Below, piece by piece: positions 29,224-39,834 of a stretch of DNA of 64,000 nucleotides. The DNA comes from Desulfosoma sp. (GTDB taxonomy: Bacteria; Desulfobacterota; Syntrophobacteria; Syntrophobacterales; DSM-9756). The DNA lies in the NCBI GenBank assembly GCA_037481835.1, contig JBBFKW010000008.1, positions 96,001-160,000 of the forward strand, read 5' to 3'. The notes below the pieces were generated by a model, which saw only the letters and a list, made by a program, of their open reading frames with translations, had not been told where the DNA came from and searched no databases. Both the position numbers and the translations under genes were made by a program. The stretch's first letter is position 1. Each line of letters opens with the position of its first letter.

Positions 29224-32142
29224 ATGCGGGAAAAACGCCTTGGCTGTGCCGTCACCATATGGTTCGTTCTTACAATGCTTTGCGGAATCTCGGAAGGCCA
29301 AATCGTCCGGGTTTGCACCTACGATGGATTCCCTCTGACCTTTCGCGACCCATCGGGCAAGCCGTCCGGTCTTTTCGTCGACATTCTGAATGAGATCGCT
29401 CAGAAAGAAAAGTGGTCGTTGGCATACCGCCACGACGCATGGCAAAATTGCCTAAATGCCGCTCGGGACAATGATGCGGATCTTTTGGTGGCTATTGCGG
29501 AAACCGAGGATCGGCGATCATATGTGCGATTCAGCCGTGAAACCATCCTCGTGAATTGGGGTGTTCTTTTTACAAGCAAAGATCATCCCATCGAAAGCAT
29601 CGTCCAGTTGCAGAATAAAAAGATCGCCGTCCTTCGCGGAGATGTCTATTTTCGACCGTTAGCCGATCTTCTGGATAGCTTCCGCATACCGGTGGACTAT
29701 GTGGAAGCCCCTTCTTACGACACCGTGATGACCATGCTGGAAGAGCATCAGGTGGACCTGGGCCTGGTGAACAGAATTTACGGGGCTTTCGCTCAAAACC
29801 GGTACCGAGTCCAAAGCACGCCCATTGTCGTGCACCCGGTGGAATTGAAATTCGCCGCTTCCCTGAACGCTTCTCCCATGCTGTGCGACATCATTGATCG
29901 GTACATAAAAGAATGGAAAAGACAAGAAAATTCCTTCTTGCAGGAGGTCTTTTCCCGTTGGCTTCAAATCCCTATGAAAACTCCAAGGGAAGCCCTTTTT
30001 CAGCGATATTTCTATGCGGCCTTGGGAGGGGCCTTTATCCTCGTCCTGCTTGCGGTTTTTTTGCGAAAACAGGTGGGCCATAAGGCACGTCTGATCCAAA
30101 AAGTCATCGGGCAGCTCACGGATGCCGAAGCGCAACGGCGAGCGGCCGAGGAAGCCCTGGCGGAAGCGGAGGACTGGTATCGTGCGGTATTCCAAAAAGC
30201 GGACGATGCTCTCTTGGTCCTCGATGAATCCGGGAAAATTATAGAATGCAATCCGGCTGCAACCCGCTTGTTCCAGCTCCGCTTGGAAGACTTCGTCGGC
30301 CGCACCCCCATGGATTTTTCTCCCGACCTGCAACCTGACGGCTCTGTTTCACGAGATCGTGGACGCTCACTTCTCGAGGCCACTATGGCCGGCTGTCCTC
30401 AGCGTTTCGGATGGCAGCATAAAACCCCTGATGGGAAACTTTTTGATGCCGAAGTGCAATTAAGCCTCTTGTTCCAAAAGGGACACGCCCGCGTTCTCGC
30501 CTCCGTCCGGGATGTCTCCCACCAAAAAGCTTTGGAAACAGAGCGAGAAAGACATCAGAAATACTTGGAAACCGTTCTCGACGGCATCCCTGTGGCCTTG
30601 TTTGTCATCGACCTGAAAGGCCATGTGGTTTTTTGGAACAGGATGTGTGAGACGATTACGGGCATGTCCAAGGAGGCGGTTCTCACTCGTCCCTTGGACC
30701 TCAGGCCGATTTTGGAAGGCAAAGACCTCCCCATCCCGGCTTTGCTTCTCTTGGAGATGACCCCGGAAGACTTTCTTCGAAGCCATCCTGAATGGAAAGC
30801 CCAGCCTCTTCCCTTCCATTCCGAAGGCATCCAGCTTACCGGCAAAATTCTGGTCCACGGCGAAAAGCGCTATGTCAGTGTCGTCGCAGCCCGTTTGCGT
30901 AACCAAAACGGGGAGTTGATGGGCGTCGTCCAGTGTGCTCGGGATATCACTCATGAAATCCAAATGCAAAAGCAGCTCTTACATTCTCAAAAAATGGAGG
31001 CCGTTGGGAAACTGTCCGGGGGGATCGCCCACGATTTCAACAACATTCTCACCATCATTTTGGGGTATTGCGACCTCATGCGAAAAAAGGCCGATCTGGA
31101 TCCCATGATCCTCAAGGGCGTTGACGAAATCGAAAAAACAGCCGAGAGGGCTTCCAACCTCACACGGCAGCTTCTGGCTTTCAGTCGCAAGCAGATCATG
31201 CAGCCCGTCGCCTTGGATCTCAATCGCCTCATTGAAGACCTAGCGAAAATGCTTGAGCGTCTCGTGGGAGAGGATATCCACATCGACCGACAGCTGGATG
31301 AAAATTTATGGGCTGTTTGGGCTGATCCAGTTTTTCTTGAACAAATCATTCTCAATCTCGTCATCAACGCCCGAGACGCTATGCCCTCGGGAGGTAAGCT
31401 GACCATTCAAACGAGCAATCTCGGCCTTACAAGAAGTCGGGATGCGGGGCTTTTTACCATTCGCCCCGGAGAATACGTGTGTTTGCGTGTGAGCGATACG
31501 GGACAAGGCATCGATCCCGAGGTGCAGCCTCGGATTTTTGAGCCGTTTTTTACGACAAAACCCGAAGGGCGTGGGACGGGCCTTGGTCTTGCCACGGTCT
31601 ACGGGATTGTGAAACAACTGGGCGGATACATCCTTTTGGAAAGCGAGCTGGGAAAAGGCACAACCTTTGATATCCTTCTTCCCAGGATTCTTATGAAACC
31701 CGATGAAACTCGACAGCCCCCTCCGTTGGAGACGCCTGTTGAAGGAAGGGGAAGCGAAACCATCCTCGTCGTTGAAGACGAAGAGGCATTGCGAAGCATG
31801 ATTGAAGAGGTTTTGGCCGGCAGCGGATATGGGATCCTCACGGCCTCCACAGGCGTGGAAGCTTTGGACATCTTACGCCGCGCGCCGGATGTTGACTTGG
31901 TGATCACGGATGTGGTCATGCCGGAAATGAACGGCGTCACTCTGAGCCGGGAAATCGCGCGGTACGCGCCCCATGTGCCCATTCTCTTCACATCCGGCTA
32001 CGCCGACGAACACTTGGCCCATCGGGGGATCCTTTTGCCGGACGTGCGTTTTCTCGCCAAACCCTTTACGGCGCAGCAATTACTCCACGTTGTCCGCGAG
32101 GTGTTAAAACACAGGGCCTCGAAGGGTTCCAAAGGCGCATAA
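29224..32142 (+). CDS. Hybrid sensor histidine kinase (periplasmic-binding domain, 2 PAS, HisKA, HATPase, REC)
   Basis: GGIAHDFNN, NLVINARDAMP, DTGQGI, EPFFTTKPEGRGTGLGL, ILVVEDE, TDVVMP. Confidence 0.92.
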   Translation: MREKRLGCAVTIWFVLTMLCGISEGQIVRVCTYDGFPLTFRDPSGKPSGLFVDILNEIAQKEKWSLAYRHDAWQNCLNAARDNDADLLVAIAETEDRRSYVRFSRETILVNWGVLFTSKDHPIESIVQLQNKKIAVLRGDVYFRPLADLLDSFRIPVDYVEAPSYDTVMTMLEEHQVDLGLVNRIYGAFAQNRYRVQSTPIVVHPVELKFAASLNASPMLCDIIDRYIKEWKRQENSFLQEVFSRWLQIPMKTPREALFQRYFYAALGGAFILVLLAVFLRKQVGHKARLIQKVIGQLTDAEAQRRAAEEALAEAEDWYRAVFQKADDALLVLDESGKIIECNPAATRLFQLRLEDFVGRTPMDFSPDLQPDGSVSRDRGRSLLEATMAGCPQRFGWQHKTPDGKLFDAEVQLSLLFQKGHARVLASVRDVSHQKALETERERHQKYLETVLDGIPVALFVIDLKGHVVFWNRMCETITGMSKEAVLTRPLDLRPILEGKDLPIPALLLLEMTPEDFLRSHPEWKAQPLPFHSEGIQLTGKILVHGEKRYVSVVAARLRNQNGELMGVVQCARDITHEIQMQKQLLHSQKMEAVGKLSGGIAHDFNNILTIILGYCDLMRKKADLDPMILKGVDEIEKTAERASNLTRQLLAFSRKQIMQPVALDLNRLIEDLAKMLERLVGEDIHIDRQLDENLWAVWADPVFLEQIILNLVINARDAMPSGGKLTIQTSNLGLTRSRDAGLFTIRPGEYVCLRVSDTGQGIDPEVQPRIFEPFFTTKPEGRGTGLGLATVYGIVKQLGGYILLESELGKGTTFDILLPRILMKPDETRQPPPLETPVEGRGSETILVVEDEEALRSMIEEVLAGSGYGILTASTGVEALDILRRAPDVDLVITDVVMPEMNGVTLSREIARYAPHVPILFTSGYADEHLAHRGILLPDVRFLAKPFTAQQLLHVVREVLKHRASKGSKGA

Positions 32143-32174
32143 AAAAAGCCGGAGGCAAAGCCTTCGGCTTTTTT
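32141..32174. terminator. Bidirectional intrinsic terminator
   Basis: A7-GCCGGAGGC-loop-GCCTTCGGC-T6 between the convergent kinase gene and tRNA-Pro. Confidence 0.85.
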
Positions 32175-32183
32175 CGCGTGTAA

Positions 32184-32260
32184 TGGTCGGGACGACTGGA
32201 TTTGAACCAGCGACCTCTGCGTCCCGAACGCAGCGCTCTCCCAAACTGAGCCACGTCCCG
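32184..32260 (-). tRNA. tRNA-Pro(CGG)
   Basis: CGGGACGTGGCTCAGTTTGGGAGAGCGCTGCGTT-CGG-GACGCAGAGGTCGCTGGTTCAAATCCAGTCGTCCCGACCA. Confidence 0.96.
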
Positions 32261-32397
32261 GCCGACGGTCCTTTTAGCAAAACCCGGCTCGGCTGTCTAG
32301 CTTTTTCCTGACTCTGGCCCCGCTCGGAGCGCGGTGTTATAAGAAAGCCGCTCCCCCAAAGAGCTCACGCCAAGGAAAAAGGTGCAAGGACACTCCT

Positions 32398-34395
32398 GTG
32401 GAAGAGAGGACACGAAACGACCCGGATTCCCATCCCATGACGGCTGCCCATTCCCCCGATGGAGAAGGAGCCGCCGAAAGAACGCAAGCCGGCCCTGCGG
32501 GCGATCCCGACGCGTCGGCGCCGGGGGGAACGGAAGCCCCGGCCATCCGCGTGGATCTACGAAGCCTGCCCCATGAGCCGGGTGTCTATCTTTTCAAAGA
32601 CGGGGATGGGCATGTCCTCTATGTGGGCAAGGCCCGGGACATCCAAAAGCGCGTTGCCAGCTATTTTCGCCACGACGACGCCCTGCCCCTGAAGACGAGA
32701 GCGCTCCTCAAGAACGCCTCCCACCTGGAATTCGTCGTCACCACCAACGAAAAGGAAGCGCTCCTTCTGGAATCCAGCCTCATCAAACGGCACCGGCCTC
32801 GATACAACGTGGTGCTGCGCGACGATAAGAATTACCCCGCCTTGCGCCTGGACCCCCGGGAACCCTACCCGCGCCTCACCGTCGTCCGCCGTTTTGAAAA
32901 CGACGGCGCCCTCTACTTCGGCCCCTATCATGCCGCCCATGCCCTTCGGGAAACCTTGAAAATCCTTCACCGGGTCTTTCCCCTGCGACTGTGCCGATCG
33001 CCTCGCCTTGTGCCGCGCGAAAGACCCTGCTTGAATTATTCCCTGGGCCGATGCCTCGGGGCCTGCGCGGGCAAGGTCACCCAGGAGGAATACCGCCGGG
33101 TGGTGGACGAGGTCGTCTTGTTTCTTCAAGGAAAGACCCAAAAACTCCAGGCCCTTTTGAAACAAAGGATGCAGGAGGCGGCCCAGGCTTTGGAATTCGA
33201 AAAGGCGGCCTTTTATCGCGATCGGCTGCAGTATATCGAGGAAGTCCAGGAATCCCAGAATATCGTTTCCAGCCGTTTTCAAGACCAGGACGTGGTGGGC
33301 TTCGTCCAAGAGGACGAGTTCTGGACTGTGGTGATGCTCTTTGTCCGCCGAGGTGCCGTCATCGGTCAAAGGACCTACCACCTTCAAAACATTTCAGGAC
33401 GGCCTCCGGATGTGCTCGCCTCCTTTCTCAGCCAGTTTTACGCCGATGGACGGATGATCCCCGACGAAGTCCTTCTCCCCGTGGCCGTGGAGGGCCAGGA
33501 AACCCTGGAGGAGTGGCTTTCGGAGTCCCGAGGAAAACGCATGCGGCTCTGGACGGCCCAACGAGGCAGCCGGCGGGCTTTGTTGGACCTGGCGGCCAAA
33601 AACGCTCTGGAACAGCACCGGAGCTTCGCGCATGGAAACGACACACCCTTGAAGGTCCTGGAGGACATCCGGGACATGTTCCAGCTGCCCCGCGTGCCGA
33701 GAAGCATCGTCTGCGTGGACATTTCCAACGTCCACGGCCGCCACGCCGTGGGATCAGCCGTGACCTTCGTGGACGGGCGGCCCCGACCGTCTCTCTATCG
33801 GCGCTTTGTCATTCGAACGGTTTCCGAACCCGACGATCCCGCCATGATGGCCGAAACGGTGGAGCGCCTCCTGGACGGACGGCGTCGTCTGGCCGAAACC
33901 ACTGATTTGCTCCTCTTGGACGGCGGGAAGAGCCAGCTCAACCGCATTGAGCATCTCCTGGAAACCAGAGGACTCCGGGACCGTTTACCCGTTCTGGCCC
34001 TGGCCAAGGAAAAGGACAAGGACGTGGGGCCGGAAGGACGCGGCTTTTATGAAAAGGTCTACGTGCCCGGACGAAAAAACCCCGTGTTTCTCGCCCGCCA
34101 TCCCGAGGTGCTCCATTTCTTCCAGAGGGTGCGCGACGAGGCGCACCGATTCGCCATCAGCGGCTACAAGCAGCGCCACAGAAAGGAACTCCTGGCTTCC
34201 GAACTGGACGCCGTGCCGGGACTCGGCCCAAAGCGCAAGCAGGTCCTCCTTGCCCATTTCAAGGACCTGGAAACCCTGCGCAGGGCAACCGTCGAGGAGC
34301 TCACGCAGGTTCCCGGCATTCCCGAACGGCTCGCCCACAGCATCTTCCGCCACTTTCATCCCGAAAGCCCGCCCCAGCCCGAACCCGCCCCCTAA
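32398..34395 (+). CDS. uvrC: Excinuclease ABC subunit C
   Basis: GIY-YIG (PGVYLF..YVGKA), RPRYNVVLRDDKNYP, DISN, RDEAHRFAI, HhH. Confidence 0.95.
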   Translation: MEERTRNDPDSHPMTAAHSPDGEGAAERTQAGPAGDPDASAPGGTEAPAIRVDLRSLPHEPGVYLFKDGDGHVLYVGKARDIQKRVASYFRHDDALPLKTRALLKNASHLEFVVTTNEKEALLLESSLIKRHRPRYNVVLRDDKNYPALRLDPREPYPRLTVVRRFENDGALYFGPYHAAHALRETLKILHRVFPLRLCRSPRLVPRERPCLNYSLGRCLGACAGKVTQEEYRRVVDEVVLFLQGKTQKLQALLKQRMQEAAQALEFEKAAFYRDRLQYIEEVQESQNIVSSRFQDQDVVGFVQEDEFWTVVMLFVRRGAVIGQRTYHLQNISGRPPDVLASFLSQFYADGRMIPDEVLLPVAVEGQETLEEWLSESRGKRMRLWTAQRGSRRALLDLAAKNALEQHRSFAHGNDTPLKVLEDIRDMFQLPRVPRSIVCVDISNVHGRHAVGSAVTFVDGRPRPSLYRRFVIRTVSEPDDPAMMAETVERLLDGRRRLAETTDLLLLDGGKSQLNRIEHLLETRGLRDRLPVLALAKEKDKDVGPEGRGFYEKVYVPGRKNPVFLARHPEVLHFFQRVRDEAHRFAISGYKQRHRKELLASELDAVPGLGPKRKQVLLAHFKDLETLRRATVEELTQVPGIPERLAHSIFRHFHPESPPQPEPAP

Positions 34396-34529
34396 CCCGC
34401 ATCCCTGTGCCAAATGTAAGTTTCGTGAAAGTTGAGCGCAGAATCTTAGAAAGCCGGATTTTCACGGTTTGCTGTCTGGCCGGAGCCCGATGCGCGTTGG
34501 GTTTGTTCCAGAACGTCGGCCGGCGACAT

Positions 34530-34560
34530 GTAGGTTGGGGTGAGCGGAGCGAACCCCAAC
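34530..34560 (+). repeat. Single REP copy
   Basis: GTAGGTTGGGGTGAGCGGAGCGAACCCCAAC. Confidence 0.9.
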
Positions 34561-34604
34561 ATTCACCGAAACGCCCTCGCCCCCCCACATGGCCCCCTCG
34601 GCCT

Positions 34605-35123
34605 TCAGGGCTCTTCGGGATCTTGGGGGACGAGCCGCAGGAGCTTCTCCCCCATCTTACGGAGCTCCTTATCGGGCAGGGACGCGATGAGCTCCTTTTC
34701 GGCCTCGGTGAGCTTCCTCAAGGCGGGGCGCCGGACTTTTTTTCGGACCTTTTTGGGGGTGAGCTTTTGCAGTTTTCGATAATTGGCGTCCAGATCCTCG
34801 GAGGTCTCCTCAATTTCTCCCACGCGGATTCGGATTTCTTCGATCACCCGACGGCCCCACAGGGCGTTGATGCGCCGCATGAGGGCTTCCTTGTTCAATT
34901 CCAAGTGGTGTTTCCAGACGCTGTCCCGAGCGATGATGACCAGACATCCATTCTTGAGGGATCTTGGAAGGCAATGGCGCGCCACGGATTCGCCGACCAG
35001 CTCCTTCCAGTCCCCCAGCGGGCTGGATGCAAAGGACGGATGCTGGGCGAGCACGTCTTTGATGAATTGACCCACAGCCACCGCCTGCCCTTTGTGCGAT
35101 TTGTCCCTTGAATCCTTCGGCAT
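34605..35123 (-). CDS. DUF721/DciA-like protein
   Basis: WKELVGESVARHCLP...L.I...DSVWKHHL...L...IN pattern. Confidence 0.7.
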   Translation of the reverse strand: MPKDSRDKSHKGQAVAVGQFIKDVLAQHPSFASSPLGDWKELVGESVARHCLPRSLKNGCLVIIARDSVWKHHLELNKEALMRRINALWGRRVIEEIRIRVGEIEETSEDLDANYRKLQKLTPKKVRKKVRRPALRKLTEAEKELIASLPDKELRKMGEKLLRLVPQDPEEP

Positions 35124-35171
35124 GCTTGCAAAGCTCCCGTGCCTATGCTATGGCTGAGCCGCTTCCGCCAA

Positions 35172-35248
35172 GCCCCCGTAGCTCAGGAGGATAGAGCACA
35201 GGATTCCTAATCCTGGTGTCGCGTGTTCGAATCACGCCGGGGGCACCA
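35172..35248 (+). tRNA. tRNA-Arg(CCT)
   Basis: GCCCCCGTAGCTCAGGAGGATAGAGCACAGGATT-CCT-AATCCTGGTGTCGCGTGTTCGAATCACGCCGGGGGCACCA. Confidence 0.96.
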
Positions 35249-35356
35249 CCCCAGCAGATTTCCCGCCGCCTACTGCCGATGTTGACAGGCGAAGGCGGTA
35301 AGCAGCTCGATCCACAATGTGTTTGCGGTTGACAGCCCTTATGCGGGAAAACACCC

Positions 35357-37330
35357 CTACCGGGGCCCTTCGTGCTCTTCCAGGGGGAGCCAGATGGTGA
35401 ATTCCGTGCCTTTGCCCACCTGGCTCTGGACGCGAATCACGCCCCCGTGGCGGGCGACGATCCCGTAGGCCACAGCGAGCCCCAGGCCGGTCCCTTTGCC
35501 CACTTCCTTTGTGGAAAAAAAAGGCTCGAAAATCTTTTCCAGGTTTTCCGGAGGAACCCCGCATCCGGTATCCTTCACGCTGAGTTCCACGCCGAGCCGC
35601 TTGACCCCTTCCCGGCTCATGGACAAGGCCACTCGGCTCGAAACCGTGATGGATCCGCCCGCCTCCGTAGCATCCAGGGCATTGATGAGAAGGTTCAGAA
35701 GGACGCTCTTCACCTGTTGGACGTCCATGGAGACCAGCGGAATCTCCTCCCCCGGTTCGAACCGCAGGGCTACGCCCTTGATGGCCGCCTGGTTTTCCAC
35801 CAATGGCAAAGTGTCCAGAACCACCCGGTTGATGTCCGTCGGCTCCATGCTCAAGGAGGTCTGGCGCGAAAAATCCAGCAGGCTTTTCACAATGCGACGC
35901 ACTCTTTCCGTGGCGTCCACAATGACCTTGAGCATTTCCCGGGCTTCTTCGTCCAAATCGTCCCGCTGCAAGAGGAGATGCCCGCAGGTGAGCACCCCCG
36001 TCAGGGGATTGTTCACCTCATGGGCCACCCCCGCCGCCAGCCGCCCAACGCTGCTCAATTTCTGGGCCATCACCAGCTTGCTTTCGGTTTCCCGTTTTTG
36101 CCGTGTCTCCCGATCGCGGATGGCCTCCAGCATGGTTGCAAACGCCCTTTGGACGACGCCGATTTCGCCCTTTTCCAGAGGCCCCAGATCCGGGTGCAGG
36201 TTTCCTTTGGACACTTCCGCTGCGGCATCGCTCAGGCGGGCAATGGGCGCGATGATCTTCCATTCCAGAAAATACCCCAACCCGATGGCCACGCTCATCC
36301 CCATGACGCTTAAGGCGGCGAAAAGCAAGATGGCTTTGTTGCGTATCCCCGCATAGGGTTTTTCAAGAACACCGACATAGAGCATGCCCACAGGGCGGCC
36401 GTCCAAATCCGCAATGGGCTCGTAACAGGTGATATACCAATCGTGCACCACGAAGGCGCGATCGTTCCAGCGTTTTCCCTGTTCCAGGACCTGTCGGGCC
36501 ACGGCCGGGGAAACCTTCGTCCCCAAGGCTCTTTGGCCGTCCTCCTCGAGAACGTTCGTGGCGATGCGCACATCCCCGAGAAAGATCGTCACCGTCCCCA
36601 GGTTCCAGCCGTCATGCTCGGTCCCGCGAAACAGGCTCTCCCGAATGCCGTCCACGAACGCGGACGCCCCGTTTAAAACTTTGATGCCGAAAAGGGCCGC
36701 CGGGCCGGCCGTCCCACTGCCCAACGGAACCGCCGCACTCAGAGTCATAACCTCCCCTAGGAACCGGCGGGACGAGGCCTCGGTCGGGGTAGGTTTGAGG
36801 GGGATCCGGGCTCTTTCGGAAAGAGCCGGATCCATGAGCGCCACGTCGGACAGGGCAAGCACCATGGTCCCACGAACGGGCTGATGGAACTTCAAGGCCT
36901 TTTCCACGGACGGCAAAATCTTTTCGGAAGACCGGAAACTCTGGAAAGGCCCCGAAGAGAGCGCCCAGACCCGACCGCCGGCGTCAGCCAACCCCACCAG
37001 GTCGAACGGGCCGCTTTCAGCAATGGACCGCAGGGCCCGGCCAAGACCTTCGGCGCCCGAGTCCTGGAAAATCCCCTGAAAGTTCGTCCCTTCGGCGGCC
37101 ACGCGAAGGGCCAGTTCCATCTTTCCAGCATGATCTTCGTACATTTGGCGGGCTGCGTTGAGATCCTGCGTGACGCGGATCTTGGCTTCACGAAGAAAAG
37201 TGTTGTACAGCACGCCGCCTCCCACCAAAAGGGGGACACCGCCCGTCAGGAACGAAAAAAGGAGGAAGGTGGCGATGAGTTTGACGCGCGTGGATCCTAG
37301 GGCTGGAAATCTTTTGGAAAAGGAAACCAT
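35357..37330 (-). CDS. Membrane sensor histidine kinase (Cache, HAMP, HisKA, HATPase)
   Basis: Two TMs; [13 protein letters not shown]ache motif; [19 protein letters not shown]. Confidence 0.92.
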   Translation of the reverse strand: MVSFSKRFPALGSTRVKLIATFLLFSFLTGGVPLLVGGGVLYNTFLREAKIRVTQDLNAARQMYEDHAGKMELALRVAAEGTNFQGIFQDSGAEGLGRALRSIAESGPFDLVGLADAGGRVWALSSGPFQSFRSSEKILPSVEKALKFHQPVRGTMVLALSDVALMDPALSERARIPLKPTPTEASSRRFLGEVMTLSAAVPLGSGTAGPAALFGIKVLNGASAFVDGIRESLFRGTEHDGWNLGTVTIFLGDVRIATNVLEEDGQRALGTKVSPAVARQVLEQGKRWNDRAFVVHDWYITCYEPIADLDGRPVGMLYVGVLEKPYAGIRNKAILLFAALSVMGMSVAIGLGYFLEWKIIAPIARLSDAAAEVSKGNLHPDLGPLEKGEIGVVQRAFATMLEAIRDRETRQKRETESKLVMAQKLSSVGRLAAGVAHEVNNPLTGVLTCGHLLLQRDDLDEEAREMLKVIVDATERVRRIVKSLLDFSRQTSLSMEPTDINRVVLDTLPLVENQAAIKGVALRFEPGEEIPLVSMDVQQVKSVLLNLLINALDATEAGGSITVSSRVALSMSREGVKRLGVELSVKDTGCGVPPENLEKIFEPFFSTKEVGKGTGLGLAVAYGIVARHGGVIRVQSQVGKGTEFTIWLPLEEHEGPR

Positions 37331-37482
37331 GCAAGCCTCGCCGCAGGAAGGAAGAGTCGTCAAGCCCTCACGAAAGCGGCCTTTTTCCCCGGAGCACCCT
37401 TGAACAATAGCGCCATTCTGCTATCATCCGCAATGAAAACCCGGCACGGATACATGGATGAGAAACGAACAAGGAGCCTTGC

Positions 37483-38217
37483 ATGGTCCCCGGCCCCGGA
37501 GCGCTCAAAGCCGTAATTTTCGACTTCGACGGCGTCATCGTGGATTCCGAACCCTTGCACTACCAAGCCTTTTGCGACGTCCTGGAACCCCTGGGGCTGG
37601 CCCATTCTTACGATGTTTATGTGGAACGCTACATCGGCTTCGACGACCGGGATGCCGTGCGCGCCATCTTTCAGGACGCCGGACGGATCCTTGATCCCGA
37701 TGCGTTCCAACGGCTGCTCCGGGCCAAGGAAGAAGCCTTCAAAAGAATCGTGGCCCGGGGTGTGGTGCCCTTTGACGGAGCGAAAGACCTGGTGAATGAA
37801 ATCCTTCGGGCGGGGATTCCCCTGGCCATCGCCTCCGGGGCCAAAGGCGACGAAATCCGCCTCATCCTCCAAGGACTGGGGATGCTCCATGCCTTTTCCG
37901 TCATCGTTTCAGCGGATGACGTGACAGCGGGGAAACCCCAACCGGAAACCTACCAACGGGCCCTTCAGGGCCTATTTTCCCGGTGCCCCGACATGCTCTC
38001 AGATCCTGCGTCGGACGGAGCCTCCTCCCGGGGCGTTGTCGTCATCGAAGACACCCCCACGGGGATCCAGGCTGCGCGCAGCGCCGGTCTTTTCGTCGTG
38101 GGCGTCGGGCACACTTACCCCGTCTCTGAGCTGCACCAGGCGCACTGGGTGGTGCCGCGGATTGCGGATCTCACTCTGGAACGGCTTCGCGACGCCCTGC
38201 GCCTTCACAAACCTTAG
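37483..38217 (+). CDS. HAD-family phosphatase
   Basis: FDFDGVIVDSE, GKPQP, IEDTPTGIQAA. Confidence 0.9.
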   Translation: MVPGPGALKAVIFDFDGVIVDSEPLHYQAFCDVLEPLGLAHSYDVYVERYIGFDDRDAVRAIFQDAGRILDPDAFQRLLRAKEEAFKRIVARGVVPFDGAKDLVNEILRAGIPLAIASGAKGDEIRLILQGLGMLHAFSVIVSADDVTAGKPQPETYQRALQGLFSRCPDMLSDPASDGASSRGVVVIEDTPTGIQAARSAGLFVVGVGHTYPVSELHQAHWVVPRIADLTLERLRDALRLHKP

Positions 38218-38252
38218 ACCCGTTTTCCAGTTCCCCGCAGCCGAGAAGAAAG

Positions 38253-39488
38253 GTGCACGCCATGCTGCTCGTCCCCTCTTCGGAAGTCGCTCAACGCATC
38301 GTGGCCTTCCAAAGCCTTCTTCAAACCCACCAGGTGGATGGGGCCCTGATCCGCCAAAACACGGACCTCTACTATTTTTCCGGGACCGTCCAAGACGGCT
38401 GGCTCCTCATCCCGGCCTCCGGTCCCCCTGTTTTCGCCGTGCGCCGCGATGTGCACCGCGCCGAACAACAGTCTCCTCTGAGGCCCATCCTTCCCTTGGA
38501 AAGCCTCAAGCAGTTGCCCGCCTTCCTGGACGAGACCGTGGGGCGGGCATCGCCCCGCACCCTAGGCATGGAACTGGACGTGCTGCCCGCCAACACGTTT
38601 TTTTTCTTCGACGAAAAGCTTTTCCCCAAAGACCGCATCGTGGACGTGAGCGGGCTCATCCGCCAGGTGCGCATGGTCAAGTCTTCGTGGGAGCTGGAAA
38701 TGATGCGCGGCGCCGCCGACATTTCCCATGCCGTCGCCCAGGCCGTTCCCCAGATCCTCCGGGAAGGCCTTCGGGAATGGGACCTTTTGGCGGAATTGGA
38801 AAAAACAGCCCGACAGGCAGGCCACCTGGGGTTCGCTCGAGTCCGCGGCTTCAATCTGGAAATCTACTTCGGGCATGTCCTTTCAGGGCCTGAAGCCGCC
38901 GAAGCTTCTTACGCCGACCAGCCTACAGGGGGTCCCGGGATCAGCCCGGCCTTCAGTCAGGGATCGGGGCTTCGAAAGATCCGACGAGGCGATTTGGTCA
39001 GCGTGGACACCATGATGAACCACAACGGATACCTGAACGACCAGACCCGGAATTTCAGCCTTGGCCCGCCCGACGAAGAACTTCGGGACCGCTACGCCCT
39101 ATGCCGGGAAGTCCACCAGTGCCTTCGAGAATCGGCGGTTCCCGGCGCCGTCACGGGGGAACTCTACAATCTCTTGGTGGATTTGGTCCGAAAGGCCGGC
39201 CGACTGGAACACTTTATGGGGCCCAATGAGAGCGGCGTGTCTTTTCTCGGTCACGGCCTGGGGCTGGAAGTGGATGAGTTTCCCTTCATCGCCAAAGGCC
39301 AGAAGATGGCGCTGCGGGAAGGCATGACGTTCGCCTTCGAGCCCAAATGGGTCATCCCGGGAAAGGGCATAGCCGGCTTTGAAAACACCTACGTGGTGAC
39401 GGCCCGCGGCGCCGAAGCGCTCAATGTGACCCCTGAAGACCTCGTGGTCCTAGGAGCTTGTCCGAGAACTCGATTCTTGCCGATTTGA
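38253..39488 (+). CDS. Xaa-Pro peptidase (M24 family)
   Basis: VKSSWEL, DQTR, GHGLGLEVDE, FEPK, FENTY. Confidence 0.88.
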   Translation: MHAMLLVPSSEVAQRIVAFQSLLQTHQVDGALIRQNTDLYYFSGTVQDGWLLIPASGPPVFAVRRDVHRAEQQSPLRPILPLESLKQLPAFLDETVGRASPRTLGMELDVLPANTFFFFDEKLFPKDRIVDVSGLIRQVRMVKSSWELEMMRGAADISHAVAQAVPQILREGLREWDLLAELEKTARQAGHLGFARVRGFNLEIYFGHVLSGPEAAEASYADQPTGGPGISPAFSQGSGLRKIRRGDLVSVDTMMNHNGYLNDQTRNFSLGPPDEELRDRYALCREVHQCLRESAVPGAVTGELYNLLVDLVRKAGRLEHFMGPNESGVSFLGHGLGLEVDEFPFIAKGQKMALREGMTFAFEPKWVIPGKGIAGFENTYVVTARGAEALNVTPEDLVVLGACPRTRFLPI

Positions 39489-39552
39489 GCAACGTAAATT
39501 CAGATAGTTAGGATGCCATAAAGCACCAAAATCGGCATTCTCGGACAGGCTC
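39454..39552. mobile_element. 99-bp MITE with 15-bp TIRs and CTAG target duplication
   Basis: CTAG-GAGCTTGTCCGAGAA...TTCTCGGACAGGCTC-CTAG (one mismatch); AT-rich interior. Confidence 0.85.
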
Positions 39553-39834
39553 CTAGACTAAGGTTCACGGTTGCCCCTTTTCAAAAGACCAGGCAAATGA
39601 CGGGCATGGCACGGCAGGCTCGACCCTCGAAGGAATCGCCGCAAAGCCCCTGCAGGTGGAGCAGCGTGTAAAGATTCGTGCCGGGGTGAGCGGAACGAAC
39701 CCCACTATCAACGTCGTGCTCCACCCGAGGGTCCCGCGCCCCGTCACTGGGTCGCGGAAAAGCTTCCCACGCCAATTCCTTGCCAAGGTGCCGGCTTCCA
39801 AGGGATGAGGGACGGCGGCTTTGTGCTGTTCTTG

